Positions 39,588 through 50,115 are shown, counted from the stretch's first letter. The stretch: DNA of 64,000 nucleotides from a virus (IMGVR_UViG_3300045988_166199:9605-73604); one strand, 5' to 3'. Notes: a model not told the origin generated them from the letters alone. A program made the numbers and translations.

Positions 39588-41903
39588 ATGATAAGCATCG
39601 TAAAACGTAACGGCCAAACAGAGCCGTTATCCGAAGAAAAATACAACCGCGTCGTAATGTATGGCGTAGAAGGCATTCGTGGTGTAAGCGCATCCGCTGT
39701 AGCAATGGGAGCTGCGGCCAGCATTTTTGATGGGATTACCACCAGCCAGTTGCATGAGGCTTTGGTTAAATCTGCCGCTGATTTGATCTCACCAGAAGCA
39801 CCAAATTACTCACAGGTGGCTGCCCTCCTGAACATTTTTAAAATCCGCAAAGATGCCTTCGGTCGTTACGACTATCCGAACTTCTACCAACACATTGTCA
39901 AGAACGTTAACAAGGGCGTTTATGACAAGGATTTGCTGACACATTATTCGTTTGAAGAGATCGAAGAACTCGGCAATTACATTAAGCCGAAACGTGACGA
40001 TCTTTTTGGCTATGCAGCTACGGTGCAGTTGCAAAGCAAATACCTCGTTCAAAACCGTGTTACTGGTGAGATTCATGAGGGGCCGCAACATATCTATATG
40101 CTGGTAGGCATGTGTCTGTTCCAGAATTGGGAAGACGACTGCGCTGGCAAAACACGTATGGAGATGGTCAAAGGTTTCTATGACGTTACAAGTACGTTCA
40201 AACTGTCTCTGCCCACACCAATCATGGCCGGCGTCCGTACTCCAACCCGTCAGTTCTCCAGTTGTGTGCTGATTGAGTCTGGCGATAGTCTGAAAGGGAT
40301 TAGTGCAGCTTCAGCCGCAATTATCGACTACGTTTCACGTCGTGCTGGAATTGGTATTGGTTTTGGCCGTATCCGTGCGCTGGGCAGCAAGATCCGCAAT
40401 GGTGAAGCCACCCATACCGGAGTTATTCCATTCCTGAAGCATTTCCAGACGGCTGTTAAATCTTGTTCGCAAGGTGGTGTTCGTGGTGGCGCAGCAACAG
40501 CGTTTTACCCGATCTGGCATCTTGAAGTTGAAAGTCTGCTGGTGGTGAAAAATAACCGTGGTATTGATGAAAACCGCGTTCGCCATCTTGATTACGGCGT
40601 CATGAGTAACCGTCTAATGTACCGTCGACTCGTCAGAAGCGAGAACATCACTCTGTTCAGCCCGCATGATGTGCCTGATATGTACGAAGCCTTCTTCACA
40701 GACCAGGATCTGTTTGAAAAGCTGTACCATAAATACGAAGCCGATGATTCAATTCGCAAGAAGTCAGTACCTGCCATTGAGCTGTTCTCATCTCTGATGC
40801 AGGAACGAGCGTCCACGGGCCGAATTTATATTGCGAACGTCGATCATATTAATGAGCATGGCGCTTTCATTCCTGCTCTTGCACCTGTCCGCCAGTCAAA
40901 CCTGTGCATGGAGATCACTCTACCCACTCGTCCACTGGCATTTACCGACGACCCGAACGGTGAGATCGCGCTATGCACTTTATCCGCTTTTAACCTCGGA
41001 GCCATCCGTTCACTGGAGTCTCTTAAAGAGGTGGCGTTCTATGCCGTTGCTGCACTGGATTCGTTACTGGATTATCAAGACTATCCGATGGAGGCAGCCG
41101 AAGTGCCTGCCAAAGCTCGTCGTAGCTTGGGAATTGGTGTAACCAACTTTGCTTATTACCTGGCAAAGAATGGCGTTCGTTATTCTGATACCGCTGGCAA
41201 TAAACTGGTGCATGAAACGTTCGAAGCTATCCAGTATTACCTTCTTGATGCCAGCTGCCGACTTGCTGAAGCAAAAGGTGAGTGTGACTGGTTTGAGCAG
41301 ACCAAGTACGCAATTGGTCAGTTGCCGATCGACCATTACCGTTCTTCATTAGACGAAAGTGGCGAAACCAACTTTGAGTTAAAGATGCCGTGGGAAGAAC
41401 TGCGTGAACGTATTGCAAAATACGGCCTTCGCAACTCCACACTGACGGCACAAATGCCATGCGAGACTTCCAGCCAGATCACTAATTCCACCAACGGCAT
41501 CGAACCGCCTCGTGGCCCGGTGTCGGTGAAATCTTCTAAGGACGGCATCGTTAAGATGGTCGTGCCTGAGTTTGAAAAACTGAAGGAACAGTATGAATAC
41601 CTGTGGGATATGCCGGACAACCGCGGCTATCTGACAAAGGTGGCGATCATCCAGAAGTTCTTTGACCAGGCTATTTCAGCCAATACCAACTATGACCCTT
41701 CTCGCTTTGAAGGCGATAAAGTCCCAATGATGACGCTACTGTCAGATTTGCTTCTCGCCTACAAGATGGGAGTTAAAACGCTTTACTACCACAACACCAG
41801 AGATGGGGCAGGAAAGCGTGATGACGACGAACCGAAGAATCCACTTACGCAAGCTGTTGCCGTCGAGCCAGAAGATGAGTGCGACGGAGCCTGCAAAATC
41901 TGA
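39588..41903 (+). CDS. nrdA: ribonucleoside-diphosphate reductase alpha subunit (class Ia)
   Basis: ATP-cone N-terminus (VKRNGQTEP), active-site region PTRQFSSCVLIE and NLCMEI, close to E. coli NrdA throughout. Confidence 0.95.
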   Translation: MISIVKRNGQTEPLSEEKYNRVVMYGVEGIRGVSASAVAMGAAASIFDGITTSQLHEALVKSAADLISPEAPNYSQVAALLNIFKIRKDAFGRYDYPNFYQHIVKNVNKGVYDKDLLTHYSFEEIEELGNYIKPKRDDLFGYAATVQLQSKYLVQNRVTGEIHEGPQHIYMLVGMCLFQNWEDDCAGKTRMEMVKGFYDVTSTFKLSLPTPIMAGVRTPTRQFSSCVLIESGDSLKGISAASAAIIDYVSRRAGIGIGFGRIRALGSKIRNGEATHTGVIPFLKHFQTAVKSCSQGGVRGGAATAFYPIWHLEVESLLVVKNNRGIDENRVRHLDYGVMSNRLMYRRLVRSENITLFSPHDVPDMYEAFFTDQDLFEKLYHKYEADDSIRKKSVPAIELFSSLMQERASTGRIYIANVDHINEHGAFIPALAPVRQSNLCMEITLPTRPLAFTDDPNGEIALCTLSAFNLGAIRSLESLKEVAFYAVAALDSLLDYQDYPMEAAEVPAKARRSLGIGVTNFAYYLAKNGVRYSDTAGNKLVHETFEAIQYYLLDASCRLAEAKGECDWFEQTKYAIGQLPIDHYRSSLDESGETNFELKMPWEELRERIAKYGLRNSTLTAQMPCETSSQITNSTNGIEPPRGPVSVKSSKDGIVKMVVPEFEKLKEQYEYLWDMPDNRGYLTKVAIIQKFFDQAISANTNYDPSRFEGDKVPMMTLLSDLLLAYKMGVKTLYYHNTRDGAGKRDDDEPKNPLTQAVAVEPEDECDGACKI

Positions 41904-42008
41904 CATATGGTGGGGTATATCCCCACCTTCTCTTTGATTTGTAAGCCTTGTTTAAACAAATAAGATAACAACTTGTTTAAACATATCAAAAAGCAAAAGG
42001 AAAAACAC

Positions 42009-43151
42009 ATGTCATATTCAACGTTCCGTTTGGGTGCTAATGATGCAACCAAAGAGCCTATGTTCCTCGGACAATCTGTCAACGTGGCACGTTACGATCA
42101 GCAAAAATACCGTGATTTTGAAAAGTTGATTGAACGTCAATTGTCTTTCTTCTGGCGGCCGGAAGAAGTTGATATTTCGAGCGATCGTATCGACTTCAAC
42201 ACGAAGCTGCGGGACCACGAACGTCACATTTTTCTGAGCAATCTCCGTTATCAAACGTTACTCGATTCAGTTCAGGGACGTAGCCCAAATGCAACGTTGC
42301 TGCCGCTTATCTCTATTCCTGAACTGGAAACGTGGGTTGAAACATGGTCTTTCTCTGAGACTATCCATAGCCGCAGCTACACCCACATTATTCGTGGCAT
42401 GGTGGACGATCCGAGCATTGTTTTTGACGGTATTGTTACGGATGAAGAAATCATCAACCGAGCGATCAGTATCTCTGCTGAATATGACAGGCTTTATGGG
42501 ATGACCTGCGAGCGCCAGTCGTTAGGTGAGAAAGAGTTTGAACGTCTGTACGTAAATGAATATGGCTGGGAGCCATACCCTTTGCACCGTCAGCTTTTCC
42601 GCACGTTGGTGTCCATTAATGCGCTTGAGGCGATCCGTTTCTATGTAAGTTTTGCATGTACGTTTGCCTTTGGCGAACGGAAGTTGCTTGAGGGTAACAC
42701 CAAAATTATGCGCTTTATTGCCCGTGATGAAGCTCTGCATTGCGAAGGAACTGAACGCATGATCCGCTTCATGCGTACCGGTCGCGAAGGTTTATTGTGG
42801 AAAGAGATTGCTGCTGATGAAGAAAACGTCATTTACGACACCATGAAATCAGTCGCCGAACAAGAAATGAACTGGGCAGACTATCTCTTCAAAGACGGTT
42901 CGATGATTGGTTTAAACGCGGATATTCTGAAGACCTATGTAAAATACCGAACCAATCTGGCTATGAATCGTCTTGGCCTGAAGGCTTTATTTCCAGAAGT
43001 TACCACTGATCCGCTGGTCTGGATGAACAAGTGGTTGTTAACCGACACACTGCAAATTGCACCACAAGAGGCAGAGCAAAGCACATATCTGGTAGGTCAG
43101 ATCGATTCTACCGTGGATAAGGCTTCTCTAAGCCAGTTTGCAGACCTGTAA
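42009..43151 (+). CDS. nrdB: ribonucleoside-diphosphate reductase beta subunit
   Basis: Diiron/tyrosyl-radical motifs (e.g. [18 protein letters not shown]); start at ATG 42009 after AAAGGAAAAACACATG. Confidence 0.9.
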   Translation: MSYSTFRLGANDATKEPMFLGQSVNVARYDQQKYRDFEKLIERQLSFFWRPEEVDISSDRIDFNTKLRDHERHIFLSNLRYQTLLDSVQGRSPNATLLPLISIPELETWVETWSFSETIHSRSYTHIIRGMVDDPSIVFDGIVTDEEIINRAISISAEYDRLYGMTCERQSLGEKEFERLYVNEYGWEPYPLHRQLFRTLVSINALEAIRFYVSFACTFAFGERKLLEGNTKIMRFIARDEALHCEGTERMIRFMRTGREGLLWKEIAADEENVIYDTMKSVAEQEMNWADYLFKDGSMIGLNADILKTYVKYRTNLAMNRLGLKALFPEVTTDPLVWMNKWLLTDTLQIAPQEAEQSTYLVGQIDSTVDKASLSQFADL

Positions 43152-43228
43152 ACCGATACAAAGCATTATGTGGCCTGGCAACGCTGGGCCACAATGGATC
43201 ACAAGAATTAAGAAGGAACAAAACTAGC

Positions 43229-44098
43229 ATGAACTTTACCAAACTGACTGACCACCTGAAACTTGCCACCGATCGACTCATTGGATTTAAGCCAGAACCA
43301 TATGAGTTGCATGAAGGCCATGGTGTAGCCACTGAAAGTATTTACAAGATGGTCGATCAGTTTCATGAACTCTTCCAGCATCCGAGACGCGTTATGCCGA
43401 CACCAGAGCTGCTTCGTCTCCGTGCAAGCCTGATTCATGAAGAAGCTGTAGTGGAAGGTATTCCAGCCGCAATGAATGGGGATATTGAGCAACTGCTGGA
43501 TGCAATGGCCGACTTTTTATACGTTGGTGTTGGTACGATGGTCGCCATCAAAGGTGGTATTTCTACCGGCATGACCTATTACACGCAGGAACAGAGCATT
43601 GATCGCTTTATGCAGACAATTTTTGTGCCTGGTAACACTGTTTTCGATGATATGGCAATGCCATTTCAGGAAGCTCGTGAGGCGTCATGTATGCTCGAAG
43701 AGCTGGCAGATAAACTTGAGAACAAGACTGTTAAGGATTCTGAGCTGATTCAGGAACTGCGCCGTGTCATGAACAAAATCTATGTGGCGTGCATGATGAC
43801 CTATCGACTGGCTGATTTCCTCGGCATCAATGTAGTCGAGCTGGTTGGCGAAATTCATCGGTCTAACATGACAAAATTATGGCCTGCTGATGTCGAGGAA
43901 CGTCGCCAGGCTGTGGCCAACTGCAAATACGACTCTTCAGACCTGGGATTTCGCCATGCTGATGGTACCGATAAGATGATCGGTTTTCGAATTTCCGATG
44001 GAAAGATTCTGAAGTCTCCAACCTATAGTGATGTCGATTTATCCTCCTTTGTTGAGCAAGCTAAAGCCTCAGCAATGTACGGAATGATCAAAAAATAA
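43229..44098 (+). CDS. putative all-alpha NTP pyrophosphohydrolase (MazG/HisE-like), tandem-domain
   Basis: Two helical segments with acidic E..E...D patterns (EEAVVEGIPAAMNGDIEQLLDAMADFLYV); weak assignment. Confidence 0.45.
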   Translation: MNFTKLTDHLKLATDRLIGFKPEPYELHEGHGVATESIYKMVDQFHELFQHPRRVMPTPELLRLRASLIHEEAVVEGIPAAMNGDIEQLLDAMADFLYVGVGTMVAIKGGISTGMTYYTQEQSIDRFMQTIFVPGNTVFDDMAMPFQEAREASCMLEELADKLENKTVKDSELIQELRRVMNKIYVACMMTYRLADFLGINVVELVGEIHRSNMTKLWPADVEERRQAVANCKYDSSDLGFRHADGTDKMIGFRISDGKILKSPTYSDVDLSSFVEQAKASAMYGMIKK

Positions 44099-44167
44099 TT
44101 GTAGGTAGTTATCTATCTATGTATATTGTGTTGGCGCGTTAAATTCCTGAAGCAACTATTCGTTTTT

Positions 44168-44193
44168 GGTGGCCATAGGCCACCATTTTTTTT
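44168..44193 (+). terminator. rho-independent terminator
   Basis: ggtggcc atag gccacc attttttttat. Confidence 0.7.
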
Positions 44194-44270
44194 ATCTATC
44201 TGGCCTTGTTTCCTCAATAAATGTAAACTCACTTAATGAATAAGTGATTACTTATCTTTGTGAGGTTTTT

Positions 44271-45374
44271 GTGTCACTCCTTTTGAATCGTGAGCATACG
44301 AACGGTCAGGTAACAAACGCATCGTATGCAAAAGTTATTGAGACGGTGCTTAAAAGCGGCGTGCAGGCTGATGATCGCACAGGCACTGGTACTTTAAGCA
44401 CCTGCTACGTTCCCTCTTACTACATGCTTACTGGTGGGACTGTGCCGCTTATTTCTGGAAAGGCGGTAAATCTTAAGCCACTGCTTGTCGAACTTGAGTG
44501 GTATCTGAAAGGCACGGGCAACATCCAATTTCTCAAGGATAACGGCGTTAAGATTTGGGATGCATGGGCCGATGAGAATGGCGATTTGGGGCCGGTTTAC
44601 GGTAAGCAGTGGCGTCGATGGGAAGATACCCGCATCGTGAGCCATAGTGAATATCTGAGCAAGATCGCTACTTTCCGTGAACGCGGGTACAAAGTCGAGG
44701 GATACCTGGGTATCAGTGAAGATCGCGTAGTGCTGTCCCGTGAAATCGATCAGCTACAGCGTATTGTCGATACACTGCGCACGAACCCTACCGATCGTCG
44801 CATCATGCTTAACGCATGGAACGTAGGCGAGCTTGAGGATATGAAACTGCCACCTTGCCACTTTGTCTTCTCTTTGTGGAGTCGTGAGCTGGATTTTGAA
44901 ACCCGTTTAACGATGGCAACTGACATTGGTCTTCAACACAGTCGCCTCGGTTACGAGTCTATCTACACCAAGATGCTATACGATCTGGAGATGGACGGCA
45001 GTGTTACTGAAGCTGAACTGGATGAACTTGGAATCCCCAAACGCATCCTCAACTCCTGCCTCGTACAGCGTAGCGTAGACACTTTTGTTGGTATGCCATT
45101 CAATATTGCTGGCTATGGCATTCTCACTCATTTTCTCGCGAAGATTACGGGTCACATGGCCGGTGCATTTGTGCATTTTGGCTTTGACGTGCATTTGTAC
45201 AACAACCACATGGAAGGTGTGTGTGAGCTAATGAAACGACAGGCTCCAGAGCATTCAGATCCGGTCGTTATTTTCCCTCATGAATGGTCAGAGTTGGATG
45301 ATTTCAAATGGGACGAAGTTTTAATTCTTGGCTATGACCCTCTACCGTGGATCAAGGTTCCAGTGGCGGTGTGA
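44271..45374 (+). CDS. thyA: thymidylate synthase with internal insertion
   Basis: DRTGTGT, RRIMLNAWN, active-site LPPCH, C-terminal DTFVGMPFNIAGY; about 100 aa longer than E. coli ThyA; start set at GTG 44271 (RBS gagg); ORF track starts 44244. Confidence 0.85.
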   Translation: MSLLLNREHTNGQVTNASYAKVIETVLKSGVQADDRTGTGTLSTCYVPSYYMLTGGTVPLISGKAVNLKPLLVELEWYLKGTGNIQFLKDNGVKIWDAWADENGDLGPVYGKQWRRWEDTRIVSHSEYLSKIATFRERGYKVEGYLGISEDRVVLSREIDQLQRIVDTLRTNPTDRRIMLNAWNVGELEDMKLPPCHFVFSLWSRELDFETRLTMATDIGLQHSRLGYESIYTKMLYDLEMDGSVTEAELDELGIPKRILNSCLVQRSVDTFVGMPFNIAGYGILTHFLAKITGHMAGAFVHFGFDVHLYNNHMEGVCELMKRQAPEHSDPVVIFPHEWSELDDFKWDEVLILGYDPLPWIKVPVAV

Positions 45375-45375
45375 T

Positions 45376-45789
45376 ATGGCAAGAGGTATGTATGTCTTAT
45401 GCGAAATTGAAGGTGTGCTGGCAAATGCCAGCCATCGTAAATCAGTATCTGACGCGGATGCAGGCCAGCTCATTGCCGGTGATGAACTCATTTTCCCCAC
45501 CAGCCGTATGTTGCGTGGTTTTGCTCGCTCAGGGGCTGAAGTGGTGCTTATCAGTAGCCGCTCTGAAACTCTTGAAGCGCCAACTAAACGATGGCTGAAA
45601 GATTTTGGCGTTGATTATGACTGGCTTCATCTCGTACCAAATGGCACCAGTTATGAGAAGCATATTAAGCGCACATTAGCGGAGCATAAAGGCGATCTGC
45701 TTATCGCTGCGCTGGTGCACGATCCTCGACTCCGTGCCGCTTTAGCCGACTCTCACCATCGACCGGTCATCTATGAGGTGAGCAAATGA
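45376..45789 (+). CDS. hypothetical protein (137 aa), translationally coupled to thyA and DHFR genes
   Basis: ATG 2 bp after thyA stop; stop overlaps DHFR start. Confidence 0.45.
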   Translation: MARGMYVLCEIEGVLANASHRKSVSDADAGQLIAGDELIFPTSRMLRGFARSGAEVVLISSRSETLEAPTKRWLKDFGVDYDWLHLVPNGTSYEKHIKRTLAEHKGDLLIAALVHDPRLRAALADSHHRPVIYEVSK

Positions 45790-46262
45790 AGATGATCGCT
45801 GCTGTTGGCCGTAACTATGAGATCGGCATAGCGAATGAACTCCCCTGGCGTTGTTCTACCGATCTGAAGCTATTTAAGAGACTCACCAAAAACGCCACTG
45901 TCGTTATGGGGCGTAAAACGATGGAAAGTCTCAAACGCCCTCTTCCAGAGCGTCATAACCTCGTTTTGACGCGCTCTCATGGCTTTGTACCAAATGGATT
46001 CTACCCTGCTGGTGTGGATGATGTGTTGCGATTACCAGAGCCTGTGTGGGTGATTGGCGGGGAACAAATTTACTCGCTATTCATGCCGCATGTTGAAGAG
46101 ATTTGGCTCTCCCACATCGGCGTTGATGTACCAAACGCCGATGCATTCTTCCCGGCAAGCATGATGCGTAACTTAGGCTTTGTGCCTGTTGAAACAGCTT
46201 ATACCCAACGAGCCAGCGAGGAAGAGCCTGGCTTTTCGCAGATCGTATACAGAAGGTCGTAA
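45786..46262 (+). CDS. dihydrofolate reductase
   Basis: MIAAVGRNYEIGIANELPW...VVMGRKTMESL matches the DHFR N-terminal fingerprint; 158 aa. Confidence 0.9.
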   Translation: MKMIAAVGRNYEIGIANELPWRCSTDLKLFKRLTKNATVVMGRKTMESLKRPLPERHNLVLTRSHGFVPNGFYPAGVDDVLRLPEPVWVIGGEQIYSLFMPHVEEIWLSHIGVDVPNADAFFPASMMRNLGFVPVETAYTQRASEEEPGFSQIVYRRS

Positions 46263-46906
46263 TGGATTACCGGATTGGGATCACTGGTGCTCAGGGCAGT
46301 GGGAAAACAACCCTGGCTAAATATATAGACAAACATTACGGAATCCCTTACGTGGATGCTGGTGTCGGAAGTTTGATGAGCCGCCTCGGTGTTCGAGTAG
46401 GTGATTCTATGCCTCTATATGAGCGGCTTCAGATTCAAATGGAAATAGCAAAGCATATAGAGCTACTTACGCGTGGTGTTGAAGGCTTTGTTATCGATCG
46501 CACACCTGCTGATGTTATGGCCTACACGTTGGATTTGGTCGGCCATACAAATGAAGATCGGTGTATTGAGTTAGCCCTCGATATCGAAAAGTTTTGCCAC
46601 AAAACTGCTATTTCAAACTTTAACGCCATTGCTGGCTTACGCCCGGGGGTCGCTCTCTCAGAGCGAGATTACTTGCGATCACAACGAGCATCATTAGACC
46701 GTCTGTATGTCGCTCGTATTGATGCGTTGATGTGCGGGGAACTGACAAAAATTCACCTGCATCCGCAAAGGGGAGATCTGCAAACCTTCGTCGTTTCCAA
46801 CCGGTATCGCACGGTTGAAGCAAGAGCCAGATCAGTGATGAGAATGCTAGATAACGCTGTAGAAAAGATAGAAAACCGGTTCTGTGGCCGAGTGACCGTT
46901 CATTAG
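46262..46906 (+). CDS. P-loop NTPase, putative (deoxy)nucleotide kinase
   Basis: Walker A GAQGSGKTT near N-terminus; position in nucleotide-metabolism operon. Confidence 0.6.
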   Translation: MDYRIGITGAQGSGKTTLAKYIDKHYGIPYVDAGVGSLMSRLGVRVGDSMPLYERLQIQMEIAKHIELLTRGVEGFVIDRTPADVMAYTLDLVGHTNEDRCIELALDIEKFCHKTAISNFNAIAGLRPGVALSERDYLRSQRASLDRLYVARIDALMCGELTKIHLHPQRGDLQTFVVSNRYRTVEARARSVMRMLDNAVEKIENRFCGRVTVH

Positions 46907-46967
46907 AAATTGTTCGCCTCTTCGACATTGCGACAATAAAACTCTCAAAATGGGTTAAGGATAAAAA

Positions 46968-47387
46968 ATGTTTAGTGAAATGTTGCTTGAAGATGAACTG
47001 GATCGGAAAACAACAGAGGCTTTGATTCGTGTAGCGGACGAACATTCCCGGTCGCTTATGAGCGATCGAGAGGCTCGTCTGGCTATTCGTGCCATATTCG
47101 AAACTGCGCAGGGGCTTGTTGGCGCACAAGTAGGTGAAGCCATTAACATCGCCATGTCTCAGTTCAGTGAAGGCAGTAAAAAGCCTCTGTTTCCTATGCA
47201 TTTGATGCTGGCTGGTGGCACGGTGCTTTATATCTCTGTTTGTCTGGATAGCAACCAAATCAATATTCTCAACACTGTGTCAGGTAAGTGGAAAGATCCG
47301 ATTGTCTGTGAAACCAGTGAAGAAACTTTGAAAAAAGCGGCTCAATTTGTACGTAGCGCACTACTTAAGGGCGCTAAGAAGTTGTAA
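46968..47387 (+). CDS. hypothetical protein (139 aa)
   Basis: ORF with RBS; no motif recognised. Confidence 0.45.
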   Translation: MFSEMLLEDELDRKTTEALIRVADEHSRSLMSDREARLAIRAIFETAQGLVGAQVGEAINIAMSQFSEGSKKPLFPMHLMLAGGTVLYISVCLDSNQINILNTVSGKWKDPIVCETSEETLKKAAQFVRSALLKGAKKL

Positions 47388-47396
47388 GGAGTTCTG

Positions 47397-47954
47397 ATGA
47401 CAACGATTGTTGCAGGCATCGATATCGAGTCTACGGGACTGGATTTCCTTGCTGGTCATAAAATTATTGAAATCGCAATTACCCGCTATGAACTGGAGAC
47501 ACAGAGACATGTTGATAGTCTGGAGATGCGTTTTAACCCTCGCAGAAACATAGATCCGAAAGCTCAAGCCGTTCATGGCATTTCATTGGAACAGCTCGCA
47601 GCTGAACCTTTGTTGTCAAATCATGCCAGCGAAATTGGCGCTTATATGGGGGCATGTAGTGTGTGGGTTGCTCATAACGGCGAAGCATTTGATATACCAT
47701 TTATTCGACACGAGTTTTCAGGGTATGGAGTAAGACTGCCAGAAGTTCCTGTTATAGATACTATGTTATCGGGATTGTGGGCCACAGAAGACGGTAAACG
47801 TCCCCGCCTTGAAGAGTTGGCCTTCTCTCTTGGCTTTATATACGATCATGCCAAAGCACATAGTGCCTTATATGACACAAACTTAATGATGCAATGCTTC
47901 TTTAAGGCACGTAATAAGTACGGATTTTTTAAATTACCCTCTGAAATTGTGTAA
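47397..47954 (+). CDS. DEDDh 3'-5' exonuclease (DnaQ/epsilon-like proofreading subunit)
   Basis: Exo I GIDIESTG, Exo II HNGEAFDIPF, Exo III HSALYD. Confidence 0.85.
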   Translation: MTTIVAGIDIESTGLDFLAGHKIIEIAITRYELETQRHVDSLEMRFNPRRNIDPKAQAVHGISLEQLAAEPLLSNHASEIGAYMGACSVWVAHNGEAFDIPFIRHEFSGYGVRLPEVPVIDTMLSGLWATEDGKRPRLEELAFSLGFIYDHAKAHSALYDTNLMMQCFFKARNKYGFFKLPSEIV

Positions 47955-47957
47955 AAC

Positions 47958-47997
47958 AAAAGCCTACTTTAAAAAGTTTAAAGTAGGCTTTCTTTTA
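47958..47997 (+). terminator. rho-independent terminator
   Basis: aaagcctactttaaa aag tttaaagtaggcttt cttttaaa. Confidence 0.75.
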
Positions 47998-48112
47998 AAG
48001 AACAGTCGCCTTTCAATCATTTCCTGCCTGTATTTAATACTTTTCCGCCTGATAGGTTTAGTCAAAATGTAGCCATCGAAACGCAAATGTAACCAAACAG
48101 AAGGAGACTTAC

Positions 48113-48922
48113 ATGAGTTCGGTTGAAAATGTAATGACAAATGATGATCTGGACGAGCTGACAGCCATGTTGCAATCACTTGATGAACCAGTAAAAAAAG
48201 CTGCACAGGTTGAAAATACTGATGATATTGACGATCTGCTGCTCGGCCTAGATGCTGGCGTAGCCATGAGTTCTGATGATGTTGCCGAAGAACTGTTCAA
48301 TGAAGAAAAAGCAGGTGATTTCAGCTCTGCTTTAAATGAGTTGGAGTTAGCGCATGAGCCTATAAACGTAATTAACGCTGAAAGTGTTGAAGCTGCCGAA
48401 AACGAGCCAGAACAATTGGGATTTATTGAGGTTGAAGAGTGTGTTGAGGTTAATGATGAATTAAAAGTTCAACAGTCAAATGATAGCAATACAAATAAAA
48501 AAGCTCGTACTGCAAGAGGTCCTCGTTTTACTTTAAGTGATAAAGATGATTCGTTTTTCAATAAAGCGGGCTTAGAAAAAGATATTTTCTTAGACGCTTA
48601 CGATAACGCGCCTGTCAAAGCAAAGGATAAGATATTAAACCTTCTTAATTGGTTTAGCGGAGGTCCAGATATTAGTGTTTACACGGTAATTTCCATGAGA
48701 CACCTTCTCACAGAAAAGAAGGCTACAAGTAATAGTATTAAGATTGCTTTAATGAGCAATCCAGAAAAACCGTATCCGCTTAACACTGCGTCAACTCAGG
48801 CTGGGCAAATGATGGCTGTATTTCCAGCGACAGGAATTGCCGTTAGAGACGGTGGAAATCTAACATTGAACGAAGAATCACCGATCGTTAAGAAGTTTGT
48901 CGCGGAGTACACTATTGGATGA
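48113..48922 (+). CDS. hypothetical protein with highly acidic N-terminal half (269 aa)
   Basis: D/E-rich N-terminal ~130 aa; immediately upstream of Dam methylase gene. Confidence 0.5.
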   Translation: MSSVENVMTNDDLDELTAMLQSLDEPVKKAAQVENTDDIDDLLLGLDAGVAMSSDDVAEELFNEEKAGDFSSALNELELAHEPINVINAESVEAAENEPEQLGFIEVEECVEVNDELKVQQSNDSNTNKKARTARGPRFTLSDKDDSFFNKAGLEKDIFLDAYDNAPVKAKDKILNLLNWFSGGPDISVYTVISMRHLLTEKKATSNSIKIALMSNPEKPYPLNTASTQAGQMMAVFPATGIAVRDGGNLTLNEESPIVKKFVAEYTIG

Positions 48923-49105
48923 CGTTCCCCTACTGAAAATAAAGCCCATAGAGAGCTTTATAGTGCTGGGTAAGCCAATCACATACCCAGCACCACAAAA
49001 ACGCGCCAGAGAGCTTCTCGTTTGCATTTCTGGCGCGTTTTATTTGATTGCCAGACATAAAATCAAATGCAAAAATAGGTATTTACTTACCTATCGAGAA
49101 AGAAG

Positions 49106-49699
49106 ATGATTGCAGCCGAAAAAATCAAACAGCGAAAGCGCGACAACTCTCTTCGTGACCTCTGGAGAACACCTGACTGGCTGTTTTCTGCCATTCAACG
49201 TTATCTTGGAGTGACATTTGATGTTGACGTTGCCTGCAACAAGGACAATGCAAAGCTGCCTAATTTCATAGGCGTTGAGCGTGATGCTTTGAAATCTGAA
49301 TGGGGACAGCCAGGTACAATTGCCTTCCTCAATCCACCCTACTCCAAAATCTCCCCCTGGATTGATGCGGCTATACGTGAGCAGGCTCGCGGAGTTACAA
49401 CAGTGATGCTAATTCCTCAATCCCTAGATACAAAGTGGTATGAGCGTGCAACAGAGTGTGCGAATGAGACGATTATTCTGTCTGGTGGCCGCGTAGCGTT
49501 TGTCGAGCCTGACGTCAATCTGGGTCAGGTAGAAGTAAACATCAACCCAGGTGGCAGTATGCTCGTTGTTTTTCGAGGATTCTGTCAGGACGCTGGGCAC
49601 TCTATAAGCAAGATCCCTTTGGACGTCATGAAAAGTCTGGGAGGGTATGATCCTGCGAATGTGATCAGGAAAAAAAGACCATCAAAGAAGGCTGCTTAG
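49106..49699 (+). CDS. phage-type DNA N6-adenine methyltransferase (Dam-like)
   Basis: WRTPDWLF motif and catalytic FLNPPYSK (NPPY). Confidence 0.85.
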   Translation: MIAAEKIKQRKRDNSLRDLWRTPDWLFSAIQRYLGVTFDVDVACNKDNAKLPNFIGVERDALKSEWGQPGTIAFLNPPYSKISPWIDAAIREQARGVTTVMLIPQSLDTKWYERATECANETIILSGGRVAFVEPDVNLGQVEVNINPGGSMLVVFRGFCQDAGHSISKIPLDVMKSLGGYDPANVIRKKRPSKKAA

Positions 49700-49720
49700 T
49701 TTGTTCTGGCGTCTGTAATT

Positions 49721-49785
49721 AGCCTGCTTCTGTATATATAAATAACTACATATTAATTATTATTATACGGAAGCAGGCTGTTTTG
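49721..49785 (+). terminator. long-stem hairpin plus T-run (copy 2 of repeated ~60-bp palindromic element)
   Basis: agcctgcttctgtatatataaata ... tattatacggaagcaggct gtttt; near-identical to 919-980. Confidence 0.6.
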
Positions 49786-49860
49786 TATCAGAGACTCCAG
49801 ACCTGAACATCACTACAGAATCCACTAGAACCCCTTCCCAGACGCTTTAAAATCGATTTT

Positions 49861-50115
49861 ATGAACCACTTTAAGGAAACCAACATGTCATACCCGACTA
49901 ATGTCGTTGCGCTCGTAGAGAGCGATTTTCTGGCCCAGGCTCGTGAAATGATGAAAGATCGTGAGCAGGCTTTCAACTTGTACGAATGGGCAATTAAGTG
50001 CTTGCATCTTGGCGAGCATCGCGAACTTGTTGAACAGCTTTTAGGTGAGTTGATCAATGAGGTGTTTGCCTTGAATGTTCAACTACATGGTCGAGAAAAT
50101 AATCAATCGAAATGA
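49861..50115 (+). CDS. hypothetical protein (84 aa)
   Basis: ORF with RBS aaggaaacc. Confidence 0.4.
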   Translation: MNHFKETNMSYPTNVVALVESDFLAQAREMMKDREQAFNLYEWAIKCLHLGEHRELVEQLLGELINEVFALNVQLHGRENNQSK

